Part shown: positions 48,927 to 61,490 of the stretch, in pieces
Position numbering within the stretch: position 1 is the stretch's first letter
How the letters are laid out: every line of letters starts with the position of its first letter
Assembly: GCF_009834535.1 (NCBI RefSeq)
Contig: NC_045697.1
Location: 83,950,001-84,014,000 of the forward strand
DNA length: 64,000 bases
Reading direction: 5' to 3'
Origin: Camelus ferus
Taxonomy: Eukaryota
The notes under the pieces: model-generated
Told to the model about the DNA's origin: nothing
What the model saw: the letters and a program-made list of their open reading frames with translations, nothing else
The model's database searches: none
Position numbers and translations under genes: made by a program

Positions 48927-50439
48927 TTATTTTCAGATGCTTTGAAAACTAATCCACCATTACTTTTTGGGGGAGGCGGGAGGGGCAAGGAATAATGACA
49001 TCATTCAGAAAGCCAGTAGAACAAGAAGATGTCAGACTAATGTCCTGGAGAACCATCTTCCACCATTACTTTTTATTTTTTCCGTTGCTATTGCTGAGTT
49101 GAACATATTTTAAACACGCAACAAACTGGCTGGGCATCTAGACAAACACATTTTGTTTTTATAAACTTCAATTTTTGAAGGATAACGATAACTTTGCCTT
49201 TTTTCTCTCTCTTCTCATAATAGGATTTCCACAGGGGAGCTTTTTTATACCTTCAGCAGAGTCTCTGCAGTGGAAATACTGCTCTGTGTAAAAAGATTAT
49301 GACAGTGTATAGATTTTCACTGTCAAACACCTTCCTTTGGGTAAATATTTATGTGAAACGAGGCACAGAATTTAAAATAGCCCTAAAGAAGCTGCGCTCT
49401 CTCCTTGACGACAACAAAAACAAAAAAGTTTGTGTATTAACTGTTGGCTTAACAGTGTCTGGCATAGAGACATAAAGACAAAAATATACTTTGGCTCGGC
49501 AATATTTATAGCATTGCCAGTTTAACCATTGTGCCCTATTTAGGAATATTTTTTGAGTGAGCTTTATTTTAGTGTCCAAGAACACAGTCATAAGCTGATG
49601 GCAGGGAAGCTCACGCTGACTGCAAAAGGCAGCAGAATACATGCATGTGCTGTGCCATGAAGGAAAGAGAGGGAACTCACATTGTAAAAATCCTCCTAAA
49701 TTCTTAACACACTGACATAGAAGACATGGATAACAGTGGGGTAGCTGCTTGGAAATGTTGTGCCATGCTTTAAGTGCTTTTGTAAGAAACACTGTCTTTA
49801 TGAGTTTATAAATGAGAAAGGCGAGAGATTCCATTTTATCATTCTGAGTAATGCATTTCCACATATGGCAGCAGCTTGTTTACATGGCACGCCCTCCATC
49901 AGAGAATGAGCTACTCCAGAGAGTGCGCATATCCCAGATATCTGGAAGCTCAGCTAAAAGGGGTCATCACTTTACACTTTGAATCTTTCTAACGTTTATA
50001 TAATCTTTGCTTTCAAAACTAAAAATAATTGCCATTGTACAACAGATCTATTAAAAATCTACACATCCTGTCTTGACTTACTTAATGGAGTATTGCCTGT
50101 CATAATTTAGCCTCCTTGGAGACTCCACGTTCTCACCTGATCATCACTTTCTGAATCATGTTGTGTTAAAATTGTGAACGTGTTGTCATTTATACTAAAG
50201 GATGCTAGGTTGCCATGTACGAAGCATGTTTAGCTTCTTCTCTTTCACTTTTTAGCTTTCAGTGCCCTGTCAGCATTTGTGTTTCTCATTCCATCTCCCC
50301 TCCCTTCTTAATTTTCTGTTTCTAATCACCTGTGGGTTAGAAACCGTTATTAGAATTATTTCCAAAATAAGAGTTAATTTGCTTTAAGTGATCACCTGAA
50401 AAATTATCCTATGATTCAAGCATGAGAACTTACATTTTT

Positions 50440-50745
50440 TCACTTATTCAGCAAATATAAGTTGCATGCCTACTTTGTGCTTGTTACTGGACTGGGGACA
50501 CAATGGTGGGAAGAATGGTCTCGTCGTCAAGAGAGACGTGTGTATGATGAGATGAGTGTTGTAACTGAGGAGGGATCCTCACTCCCAGCTTGGGGTAGTC
50601 AGGGAAATCACCACAAAAGAGGCAATGTTTGAAGCTGAGTCCTCAACAAGAAATCTTGACAGAGTTTTTTCAGATGAAGAAGGTAGTGATGACGGGGTGA
50701 GGCTAGGAGGAGAAGAAGGAGGGAGAGAATTCCAGGCAAAGGTTT
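50440..50745 (-). mobile_element. L2 LINE 3' fragment
   Basis: ttattcagcaaatataagttgcatgcctactttgtgc; tttgaagctgagtcct; attccaggcaaagg. Confidence 0.6.
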
Positions 50746-50830
50746 TCCTCATGCCTCTCCTGTCACTCCACCTCAGTCTCCTTTGAGAGCTCCTCTTCTT
50801 CCTATTGATTAATGCTGATGTTCCTCTGGC

Positions 50831-51301
50831 TTTTTAAAAAAATTGAAGTATAGTCAGTTTACAATGCTGTGTCAGTTTCTGGTGTACAGCGTAATGTTTC
50901 AGTCATACATATACATACATACATTCCTTTTCATACTCTTTTTCATTAAAAGTTACTACAAGACATTGAATATAGTTCCCTGTGATATACAATATAAATT
51001 TGTTGTTTATCTATTTTATATATAGTAGTTAGTATTTGCAAATCTCGAACTCCCAATTTATCCCTTCCCAACCCCTTCCCCCACTGGTAACCGTAAGTTT
51101 GTTTTCTGTGTCTGTGAGTCTATTTCTGTTTAGTAAATAAGTTCATTTGCTTTTTTTTTTAAGATTCCACATATGAGTGATATCATATGGTATTCTTCTT
51201 TCTCTTTCTGGTTTACTTCACTTAGAATGACGATCTCCAGGTCCATCCATGTTGCTGCAAGTGGCATTATTTTATTCTTTTTTATGGCTGAGTAGTATTC
51301 C
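50831..51301 (-). mobile_element. L1 3'-end insertion, antisense, same family as 18937-20626
   Basis: Reverse complement of about 20159-20620 (aattgaagtatagtcagtttacaatg to tttttatggctgagtagtattcc). The minus ORF contains [31 protein letters not shown], the L1 ORF2 C-terminus. Interrupts an L2. Confidence 0.93.
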
Positions 51302-52050
51302 TGAACTCTTGTCATTATCAATCTCACTACTCCAGACTCACTCATGGCTGCCATTACCATTTCTTATAGAAGACTTTTAAATCATTTGGACATGGCTTTT
51401 TAATGTTCTATCTCTAGAGCATCTCTCTTCTCTACTCCAGACCATCATATTCAACTGAATGCTAGATGTATCTATCTTAATGTTTGACAGACATCTCAAG
51501 TTCAACTTTCCCCCCAAATCTGCTTCTCCTTCTGGGTTCTTTATGTTAGGGAGGGGCACTGCTAAACACATCTAACCGGTTTCTTAAGTCAGAAATCTTG
51601 GCTTCCTCCTTGCTCCTTCCTTTCAATTCACCAGTTGGGCTCAATTCTTTCTGTTGAACATCTTTTTAATTTAATTTATCAACTTCTGTTCATTCAGGAC
51701 ACTATCAATCTTTTCCTCTATTGCTTCTAAAACCTACTGACTGGTCTCTACCCCCACAAAGCAGCCAGAATGATCTTCTAATAAAATAGAGTAAATCCTA
51801 TTGCTGACCTGGCTTAAATACTTAAGGTTTCCAGTTGCCTTCAGGATGAACACTCTGAATAAATCTGCACTTCCACTCTCCTATCCTACTCCAACTTGGT
51901 CATGCCTGGCCATTTATCTATTCTTTCTCCCTGCATGAAGTGTATCCCCTGTGTATTACCTTGCTAACTCTGTCTTAAATCAGGGAAGCTTTTCTGATCC
52001 CCTTGACTGGAGTAGGGTATCCTTTCTATGAGCCATCTCAATGATTTACC
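51302..52050 (+). mobile_element. L2 LINE fragment (continues at 52598-52795 after the LTR)
   Basis: ctccagaccatcatattcaactg; acagacatctcaagttcaac; gcagccagaatgatctt. 3' end ggtagatgcttagtaaatactattggaatgaa near 52770. Confidence 0.65.
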
Positions 52051-52597
52051 TGTGGGATCTAAAATTTTAAAGTGACTGAGTGACAACATGGAGAAGTTAA
52101 TGCCACTGAAAGAAGATTTCTATTACTTACATTTCCATAGAGGAAGAGGGCATGCCAGGCCATGCAGGGCCACATGGAGAAGCACCAGTGTTGGTCAGGA
52201 TGTAGAGAAGAGTGAAGGGAAGGCATAGACCACAGTCTTTATTGTGTTTTCCATGAGAAAGGCAAAACAGGGCAGGAAAACAGTTTAGAGTTGGCTAGTT
52301 TGAATAATTCCAGCAGGCTCTGGGGCATAGGGATGGTCCTAGTTGTCTGGTACCTGGACCTGCATTGATTTAGGCAGGGGAAATCCTGGCTTGGTGAGTA
52401 AGAGTTAGATAAAGAAGATGGTTGCTGGTATGGACTCAGGATTGGCTGCTTTGCATATGAAAGGAGTGCTCTCAGGCATGTTTATCATTTTAGGAATTAA
52501 CTAGCCCTGGGAGGGGCAGTCTCTCTCTAGCCAGAAATGCCCCCTCCAAGATGTCAAAACCTCAAAAAATATAGACAATAAAAACATGATTAATACA
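52051..52597 (-). mobile_element. Solo ERVL LTR (MER74-like)
   Basis: TG...CA termini and a near-perfect 5-bp TSD ttacc/ctacc. ctagccctgggaggggcagtctctc, caagatgtcaaaac and aaaacatgattaataca match the recalled MER74 5' end in antisense. Confidence 0.75.
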
Positions 52598-53023
52598 CTA
52601 CCCTATCACCTGTTGTGGTATGGTACATATCTCACTGTGTTGCATACATCTCCCAAACTTGCTAAACTGTAGGCTTCTTGTGAGCAAGGCTCTTGTCTAT
52701 CTTGTTCATTACTGTAGCCCCATTGCCCAGAGGAATGTCTCTCACTTGGTAGATGCTTAGTAAATACTATTGGAATGAAGAAAAAAAAATGAATAGGCAC
52801 CTTTCTACCTGGAATATGTGGTTAGTGTTTCACCTGGAAAGCACAACATTTTTTCCTAAACATAGATTTTGTTTTACCAGTTAATTAAATATATTTTTAT
52901 TTGGTTTGAATTCGAGGGCTTTTTTTCCTTTCAAACTAAGTTAAGCTTAATCTGGTTCAGCATAATGTGCATTTTTGAAACTCTACAAAGAAACCAACAC
53001 ATTCCTATGTTCCTTGCACTGGC

Positions 53024-53226
53024 CAGTGGTTCTTTACCAGGGGGAGTTTTGCCCTATGGGGGACATTTGGCAATGTCTGGAGACATTTTTGGTTCTCACA
53101 ACTGGCATCTAGTGGATGGAGGCCAGGGATGCTGCTAAATATCCTACAATGCACAGGACAGCCCCCTGCAATAAACAGTTATCCAACCTAAAATGTCAAT
53201 AGTGCTGACATTGGAAAAACCTTCTG
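53024..53226 (+). mobile_element. MER20 (hAT-Charlie) DNA transposon
   Basis: cagtggttct; gggacatttggcaatgtctggagacatttttggtt; ggccagggatgctgctaaatatcctacaatgcacaggacagcccc; aaaatgtcaatagtgc. Confidence 0.9.
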
Positions 53227-53629
53227 TTAGAGGATGATGCATTTGACAAGTTTACCTAAAAAGACCTTACACAAGCAACCATGTCCCCGGACTCCTCCAT
53301 GAAGCAATGACAAGCTAACTAGCAGATATCTTAGAGGTAAAGACATCAGCCCTGAGGGGAAAAGTAATTTTTAAGGGAGGATACATGGCAGGCTGCAAGA
53401 GAGGGTTTCAGTATTTGATCAGACACCATGAAAGGAAGTTTAAGTGGACTGATACATAGCATGGCAACACTGAGGTTTGGGCTTAAAATGAAATTAGAGG
53501 CTTTTTAGCTGAGGGTTAAAAGGTATGACTAAGTTAGCATAAGTGATGTGGGGGGAAGGGAACAATCATATAGAGTTTGTAACTCCAAAATTGCTCTCCT
53601 TAAAATTGGAGTTGTCTTCTTAAGCTTAA

Positions 53630-53990
53630 CATGCTGCCATTGATCAAAGTAATGCTGTCATACCTTTTTGGAACTGTTTTTAGAACTTGTGTCAGGTTCT
53701 TTTGAATAGCATCAGAAGTTGCAAACATTGCCTTTTTAGGCAGGAATTTGCTTTTGGGGAATAAAAATCAAGTTATTTGGACCTCTATATGGTGAATTAA
53801 AGAAAATCATTCATGCTCCTAATACCATGTTTATAAAAATCAAGGACAGGCTATAAATTAAATAAATCTGACTTTAAAGGCAATTCTAAAATAGAGTTTC
53901 AGAAATATCTTGAGCTAAGTCAGTGTCATTGGAATAAGCGTATAGCATCTCATGATGACCATTTTCAGAAGAAATGCTCATATTGAGGTA
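53630..53990 (+). mobile_element. Mariner-type DNA transposon fossil (MARNA-like)
   Basis: 53894-53965 translates to EFQKYLELSQCHWNKRIASHDDHF, resembling the recalled mariner transposase C-terminus (EFQKCFEQWQHRWNKCIASQGDYF). Confidence 0.65.
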
Positions 53991-54159
53991 TGAGTGTTAG
54001 CAAAATGTTACTTGATAGTCATATTGATTTCAGTGCCACAAATATGTGGAAATAATGCCAGGTTTGTGTACAACTAAATTTCTATCAGCATGTGAATGTT
54101 TAGAATGGGTTTTATAGTGCTTTTTGTATGTAAAAGTTTAATCTTTTCTTTTTCTCCCC

Positions 54160-54440
54160 TAGTTTTATTGAGATATAATTGACATATAACATTGTATTCA
54201 TTTAAGGTATACAATATAATGACTTGATAATATGGGTATATTACAAATGATCGCCACAAAGGTTACAAATTTTTTTCCTTATGATGAGAAATTTTAAGAT
54301 CTACTCTTTTAGCAACTTTCAAATATACAATATGGTATTGTTAACTGCAGTTACCATACTGTACATCACATCCCCAGAACTTTTTAATCTTATTAACTGG
54401 AAGTTTGTATTTCAGTTACAAATCATCCATTTTCCTCACC
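54160..54440 (-). mobile_element. L1 3'-end fragment (L1MA9-like), antisense
   Basis: ttttattgagatataattgacatataacattgta; gatgagaaattttaagatctactctttt; tgtacatcacatccccagaact. Reverse-complement similar to 41580-41850. Confidence 0.8.
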
Positions 54441-55069
54441 CTCAATCCCAAGCAGTTTGCTTTGGAACAGTCCTGATTTTAAAACTGAAAGTTCCTTCTC
54501 TTGGGAAACCCCTTAGTCCTAGGCAAATTGAGATGGTTACCAAACTCCCAGTCTCTTAGCTAACTCCTCTGTTCTTTTTCGACTATCTACAGTGAAAACA
54601 AAACAATGCCCTTCCATAATAAAAAAAAAAAAAAAAAGGAAAGGACATATTCATATTGGGAGCAGCATAGCAACTTGAGTCAAACAGCAAATATGTTAGT
54701 TGAAAACAAGCTGAGCTAATCACTAACTTTCATACTGATTCAAACTGACGTCAGAAGCTCTATTTTACGGTGATGGTAGGCCATGTTGTACCAACCAACA
54801 ATAATAACAACAACAACTGCAATAATAAAAAAAAATTTTATGTTCTATCCATCATGCTTATCATATTTGTTTTGGTTCCTTACGAGAGATATTTTGACAA
54901 CTGATGTCTTTGGGCAAGGAAATAACAGGCATATTTAGCTCTTCAGTGGCTTTGTACTGTGCATCTAGCAATTATATCAATGCCTGAAAGATGAATTATG
55001 GTGGAGTTTGAGAGTTAACATTAAAAATATACATCACTGAGGGGGCACTTAAGGTTATACAGATAGGGA

Positions 55070-55310
55070 AGAGGATGGTGTGGTGGTAAAGCACTGGGGG
55101 GTCAGGAGGAGCTGTGTTTGCGTCCTGCCTCACCACTTGACTGGTGTATGACTTTGAACCAGTTCCTTCATGAAACAGGCAGGCACAACTATGATACTTG
55201 TCTCCTGGAACTTCTGTTTATTAAATGATAATGGATGTACAATACTTAACACTGTGCCTAGCTTGTAGTAAGCACGAAATAAATGTGAACCATTATTATC
55301 TGCATTTACC
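55070..55310 (+). mobile_element. MIR SINE
   Basis: tggtgtggtggtaaagcactgg; acttaacactgtgcctagcttgtagtaagcacgaaataaatg. Confidence 0.6.
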
Positions 55311-58239
55311 AAAAGTTTCTATAATGTGTATTCCTGTTGTATTTGAGTCATGCTATTTCTTTAATTTCTTATTTCCTATCCATTACTTTTTGTAGAAGGG
55401 TCTTGTTTAAAAAATAAACAAAGAACACAAATAATTCTGATAAAAGATGGTTTGCTATGTATCATTCTAGGTTCCAAAGATCAATACTAGTGTTACTCTA
55501 AAAGAATATTGATAGGAAAAAATCACGCATGATATAAAACCCTTGGTAGATGTCCGAAATCAGGATGAATTAAAGAAAGAAAAAAAAGAAATTCTGAAAC
55601 TAAAACTGAACAATTAAAAGGAAAAAAAAAGAGGCAGTAAATATTAGAACCAGATTTGAACTACTAGTATATCTTGCAAGCAACTTTATGTATATCTTAG
55701 GCAGGAGACATTGAAACATATCTTAGTTGGGTGAGTCAAGAAAGTAAGATGTGTTGTCCATATGTATTAAGATAAATATATCAGAATCCAAGTCATGACA
55801 ACCTAAGGTAATTGCTATACAGGTTTTAAAAAATAAGATAATGTGCCCCAAACTGTCCTGTATAATTATCTTCTACAGTTCCATATCATAATGACTTCGA
55901 AACTAGTTTTGTGACATACGTAGAATCGAAATTGTCAACAATTTGTCCCACAGAAGTTTTTCTTATGGCTGTTTTGAAAGCAGCTCCTGGCTGAATAGTT
56001 TAACACTTTTTAAAACTCTTTTCATTAAAACACCTTGGAAAAGCAAGATATGTCTGTAGGGCATTGTAGATAAAGGCATGTCGGGGATCACGGGGATCAC
56101 GTGGTCATCTACAAAGCTAACCAGAGTTAGAGTGAATGAAAAGAAAGGGGTAGGGGGAGGGCATATGAAGCAACTTTCATCCAGAAAGTTCCCTACGTAA
56201 TAAGTAGGTCCAGAGGCCATAAACTTAAAAATATGTGTTCTGCTCTAGTGTATATGGTTTTATTTTCTGTGTGAGACCTAACTTTGAAGGTCTAGAAAGA
56301 AAGGTAAGACATGAGGCAAAACTAGCACTTTCTTGCCAAATGAGGGTTCACGATGTGCTGCTGGGTGAGCTCCAATGCTATTTTGAATACTGGTGACAGA
56401 TGATTAGGAGAGGTCACTGACTTTCTCGTTTTTCCTGCGATCTAGTTTTAGAAATCTGCCACCCAAAAAGAAGAAAACAGCTCTCAAAAGGATTCCACAT
56501 TCTGGAAGTGAGACCCTGGGTTAGCCCGTTCTCCTGTGTGTGCCTCCACGTCATTTGCTCCCTCTCTGTCGTGTTCTGACTGTAAAATTACAGCAGTGGT
56601 TGGTTATTCCTTTTATGCTCTTTAAACTTTATTGGAGTCGGTATAGTGCATTTTCTGTCTTCATTAATAATGTTGGAGATTGTAAAATCCTAGAAAGTTA
56701 CGCTAAGGTATGCCTGTTCTTTTTTCTAAATGTCTTACGTAAAGTGCTGAAAGAATGCTATGAGTATTTCAAGAATGAAATCAATAAAAGTCTTTCTGTT
56801 TTTCTGTAAAAATCAGTATGGCTAAAAGAAATACATTTAGGCTAGGATTTTTGGGTCAAGCCCTTTGAGTTGACTAAATTCACTTTTCACTGAATTGATT
56901 AGTTGTCTTGCTTTTATGAAGTTATAGCTAAAATTTTTGACCAAACACTCTTCTTAATCTCTCTGTTCTATAAGATGAGTTTTTTTTGCTGGTGTTTTAA
57001 GTTTTACAAGAAATCACATTCTTACTTGACTTTAAGTCAGTTTATTTCACCTTGAGACAGATTGAATTCTATGAACTTTAGAGTCTCTGGTGATAAACTT
57101 CTCTGTCATCTCTGTATTATCTCTTTTGCAGCCAGATGGGGAAAATGGTTTACATCAGGCACAATGTATATTTGAACAATAAGGTCACAAGCAGAGTTAT
57201 ATTACCTTTTATGGGCAGTGAGACATGTAACGTGTTGCAGCCTTCCCCTTTAAGCTACATAGCAAATGGGACACAGCACTTTGTTTTTATGCCTGGATTC
57301 CTATATGATATTATTTTCTAAGCATATTCATGTCAACAACCTGAGCCTCATTTAAAGCAGCATTTCCTCTTAAACTGTAGAGGAGGAGGATGACCTTTAT
57401 TCCAGTCCTCTTCAGTTTGATTAAGTCCACCTGAAATAAGTTTATTGCCTCAAACTCGGCTCTTATCCTCTGTGTCTTGAGCTCTCTTCCCCTCTCTGTA
57501 TGGGGGGCGGGAAATCAGTACTCTGTCAGTGAGGTCTGGCCCAGAAGAAGAAGTCATCACACTTCTGCTTTAGGATCTATTCCCTTTTTAAAAGGCAATT
57601 TTGAACTATATGGAAAATTAAAGCAACTTAAGGGAATGGAACAGTTTAATTCTAGCATGTGGGATATGTTTTAAATTCTGGTAGGAAATGCTTCCATATA
57701 TATATATGTATGGGTTTTTTTTTTCTTTTTAGGACAGTGTAGTTGAGGAATTAGCATGACTTAAATAATAATGAGAGATTGGATACCATTATCACCATGG
57801 TCTAAATTGCTTTCTGTTTAGCGTCACCCTAGTTTTGAGGATCTGATTAATGTTTGGCATTTCCAGCAAAACATAAAGAATTTTAAATGTCTGTGATGGT
57901 CAAAAAGGAAACTTCTTTGGCTAGTTAACACTGCAAGCAAAAGCAAAAAACAAAAAACCCTCTTCTTTTCTCTCTGTAAAAATTGTTTAAAGAGTGGTTC
58001 AAAGTGTTTGGTTTAGAGCTCACTTAATATTTCCAACAGTGGCTATGAAAGATGGAATTTTTAAAGTTCGTTGATTGCACTAATATGATCCAGATTGTTA
58101 AGATCTTGGTTCATAGGAACAACATTAAGAACAAATTAATCAAGTATAGGATAAAAATCAGCAGTAGGAATAAAAGGTAAATTTTCTTAAGGAAAGAAGC
58201 AGTTGGGACATACAGTGCTTGGGAGTCATGTTTTTTTGG

Positions 58240-58405
58240 AGTGGTTCTCAAACTCAAGAGAGTATAGTGATAACCTGGTGGGCTTGTTAAACCAAACATC
58301 ACTGTTTCCACCCCCACAGTGCTGATCCAGGAGGTCTGGGATAAGGTCCAATAATTTGTATTTCTAATAAATTCTAAGTTCCAGGAACCACACTCAAAAC
58401 TACTG
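58240..58405. mobile_element. MER5A-like (hAT-Charlie) element
   Basis: agtggttctcaaact; gggcttgttaaa; ggtctgggataaggtccaataatttgtatttctaataaattc; ggaaccacact. Confidence 0.75.
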
Positions 58406-58788
58406 TTCCATCAAAACAGGCTATCCTGCGATCAGAGTGCAAACTGAGTGCTCTCCCGTTGGTGCTTTTGGCCCCAGGTAATGTCCCTCTCCTGGCCCCA
58501 AAATGGAAAGAGGGGATTTTTCTCCTTCAAATGCCATATTCCTGGAATCATGATCATTGCCCACTTTCTTTTTTTATTCCAGAAGTACTTTCTCCACCAT
58601 ATCCATCCCCTAATTGTACATGGAGAATTCATATACATATACAAGTTTTTATTACAGTGTGGAAAGAACTGATGTACATCAATTTACAATGAAGGTAAAT
58701 TACAAGCACATCATGTCATGTTAGTTGGTTAGCTTGTCACAGGCTTAAAGCATTGAATAAGCACTTAGACTTGCTCCTCTCTGGTTAG

Positions 58789-58947
58789 CAGTGAAGGATC
58801 TTTCTTGACCTAACCCACTGGAGAGTTTTAAAATAACAAAGCTTGGGTCCCACCTCGGACAAATTACATAAAAATCTCTGAATGGGGACTTGGTAATTAA
58901 AACTTGCCCAGGTAGTTCTAATGTGCGGCCAGGGTTAAGAACCATTG
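58789..58947. mobile_element. MER5-like (hAT-Charlie) element
   Basis: gcttgggtcccacc; cccaggtagttctaatgtgcggccagggttaagaaccattg. Confidence 0.7.
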
Positions 58948-61254
58948 GTGACCCTAACCATGTATTGTCACTGGTAATCAGTGGGATGAGATCGCCCCTG
59001 TGGGGAGGAAACTTAGTTCTTGAGGGGCAAAAAACAAAACAAAACAAAAACTTAGCTGTTATACTGGTTTGTGGGCCTCCAAAGGGCCACAACACATACA
59101 TGTATGGTGTGTAGCACATCTGCAGTACTAGCATTTCATGGGGATGGGGACAATTAGGAAAAAAGACTCTTCAGAAAATGATCATGAAAAAAAGATTGAG
59201 AAATAACTGCTTTAAACCCTGGGAGACTGCTGTTGGTTTTCAATACTCCAACTTCCCTTTAAAATCTAGTGCAAATCTATTTGGGGCTCTTGTAGATAGT
59301 GGTAGGGAAAAATATCATTTTAAAATTCTATCACATGTTGATCATCTAGCTAGGTGCTTTTACATATAGTATCAAGTTAATTCTCACTACCCTGTATTTT
59401 TCCTCTAGAACATTCATCAAAATTATGATTAGTTTTGCTTCATTCTGGCTTCGTAATATTTTATTTTGGTCGGTTTGCATCAAAGGTGTGCTCAAAAGAA
59501 AAGCAAGTTATTATCTCTAGGAATTATCTAACCTGAGAAAGGCAGTGTCTCTCCAGTCAGTGAGGTCCCAGATGTCAGAGCACCAAGAATACAGGAAATA
59601 ATAAAATAAAGTTAATGTAGTTAAATATAGTTAATATAGGGTTGTGTCCCTGAAAGTCAGAACCGTTATACAAATTGTGGAAAAGGAGGAAGATATTCAA
59701 ATGTGCAAATAATGTAACCAGGCATTATTAAGGTCCATTTCTACATAAATAGAAAGTTTTACCCAAGTATAAAGTTGTTCAAGTCTTCATGCATTTGTGT
59801 GCATAAATTGAGAAAAATCATCCTTCCTAAACAGTGAGATCTTTTGGGAGGGAGCTGGAGGAGGGAGGATTTGACTGACATTATGGCCTAATTAATTCTG
59901 TCTCCGATCTTACTTCTCTTTGTGCTTAGTTTGTGCAGAGACACTATGTAACAATGCAAGTTCAGAGCAGATACTTTCTGTTACCAGGCAATACAGTACA
60001 TGGAGAGACAGCAAGTTTGTTGGGACCCAAGAGTGAAAATATATAGCTTCCAAATTGGACCAGGAGTTTTATTATTGCTGTCATGTTATTTTTACTGTTC
60101 AGCAAAAAGAAGGCAATGTTTCACTCTGAAAAGAAACTAGACTATGCAGTCATCTAGGCCAGGGTTGGAATTCTAACTGAGCTGTTTACTGTGTAACCTT
60201 GGGCTACATACGTTACTTCTCCAAACATGAGTTTTTTCATCATAAAATGTAAATTATATCTGTTCTTGAGATTGGAAACAATTGAGGAGCAAAACATGGG
60301 AAACAGAAGATTTAAATGTAAAAAATTTTAAATGAAATTAAGCCCAGTTTGAGGATGTAGCCAAGATGTACAGCCATAATGAGCTTCTTAATATTTTACC
60401 TCAGCATTAAACTTCCCCACTCAGGCCCAGGCAAAGCTGGGAGAGCCCACTCTTCTCAACTTAGCACGTGTACTAACTGAGAACAGATCCTGAGTAAAGG
60501 GTCTTCTGAAGGGGGAAGAGCAAGAGGTCCCCTAGGCTTGCTCAGGACCTCCTGCCAGACTCAACCACCAGGCAAGGCCCTCCTCCTCCAAGAGTGAGTG
60601 AGGAGTGGTAAAGAGGAGACAATAGGTCCCCACCTCCTCACCCTGGAAAAACCAGAAGTGGGACGGAAAGCCCCTTACACTACTGTGAGGATTATTATGA
60701 AGATAGATTACAGTTAATGTAGGCAAGATGCCCAGCCAGAGCATAGGCATTTTACATAGAAAGAGATAAATTCACCAAGACTTCATTTATCACATACAGA
60801 TTATGCCTTCTTCTGATATTGAATTTCATGAAATAGCTCTCTTTTTAATCTTTTTTCTCTTATATAATACTCAACACTAAACTTTTTTTTGTTTTCCATT
60901 AAATGTTGATTTAGATATTATGAATAAACTTTTTAATTTATGAGAAAAGGGGATGTTCCGCCTGAATCTGAGTTACTTGTAATTGTGTATTCTGAATGAA
61001 CTCATTGATTTTATATAAGATTCTCAAATTTCATTTCAGTAAGACTAGATTGGTGAAAATGCCAGAAATAATGTAATAGCAATCTGTAAACACAAGTATT
61101 AAATCTTACTATTCAGTTGTTCTTGTTGGCATTTTAGTTGATGACACTGGATGGTATTTAATTCATCTTTCCAGACAGAACAATTAAGCACATTCTCATT
61201 ATTACACATACAGGTCAACAAAAGAGAGTTTGGTAGCTTTCAGCAATGATACTA

Positions 61255-61490
61255 AAATACACCATTAATCAAGTGCTTTATGTGTCAGGCCCTGTGCCAG
61301 GTGCTTTATAAAGCTTTGTTTCTAATCCTAGAACAACCCCAGAGGGAAAGATCATTATCCTAATTTGATAAAAGAGAAAACTGAAGCTCAGAGAGGTTGA
61401 GTAATTTTCCTAAAGTTACACATACAGATTGAAACTAGTAAAGTCAGGATTCTAACCTGCAAAGCCCACATTCTTTCCATTAAATAAGTC
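61255..61490 (-). mobile_element. MIR SINE
   Basis: tatgtgtcaggccctgtgccaggtgcttta; gagaaaactgaagctcagagaggttgagtaattttcctaaagttacaca. Confidence 0.75.

Noticed and set aside
49349..49864. Longest ORF in the track (171 aa, minus strand)
   Set aside because: No recognisable domain, composition typical of random AT-rich DNA, no promoter or splice evidence. One ORF of this size in 64 kb of six-frame sequence is unremarkable. PhyloCSF or Ribo-seq would settle it.
51285..51301. L1 copy truncated at the point where another copy carries a TG microsatellite (29640)
   Set aside because: A single coincidence between two copies cannot support a truncation hotspot without a genome-wide count.
10049..53740. 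Other formal CArG matches (10049 CCTTTTTAGG, 17980 CCAAAAAAGG, 53731 CCTTTTTAGG)
   Set aside because: Homopolymer cores bind SRF poorly, one lies in a transposon fossil, and a handful of matches are expected by chance in 64 kb of AT-rich DNA.
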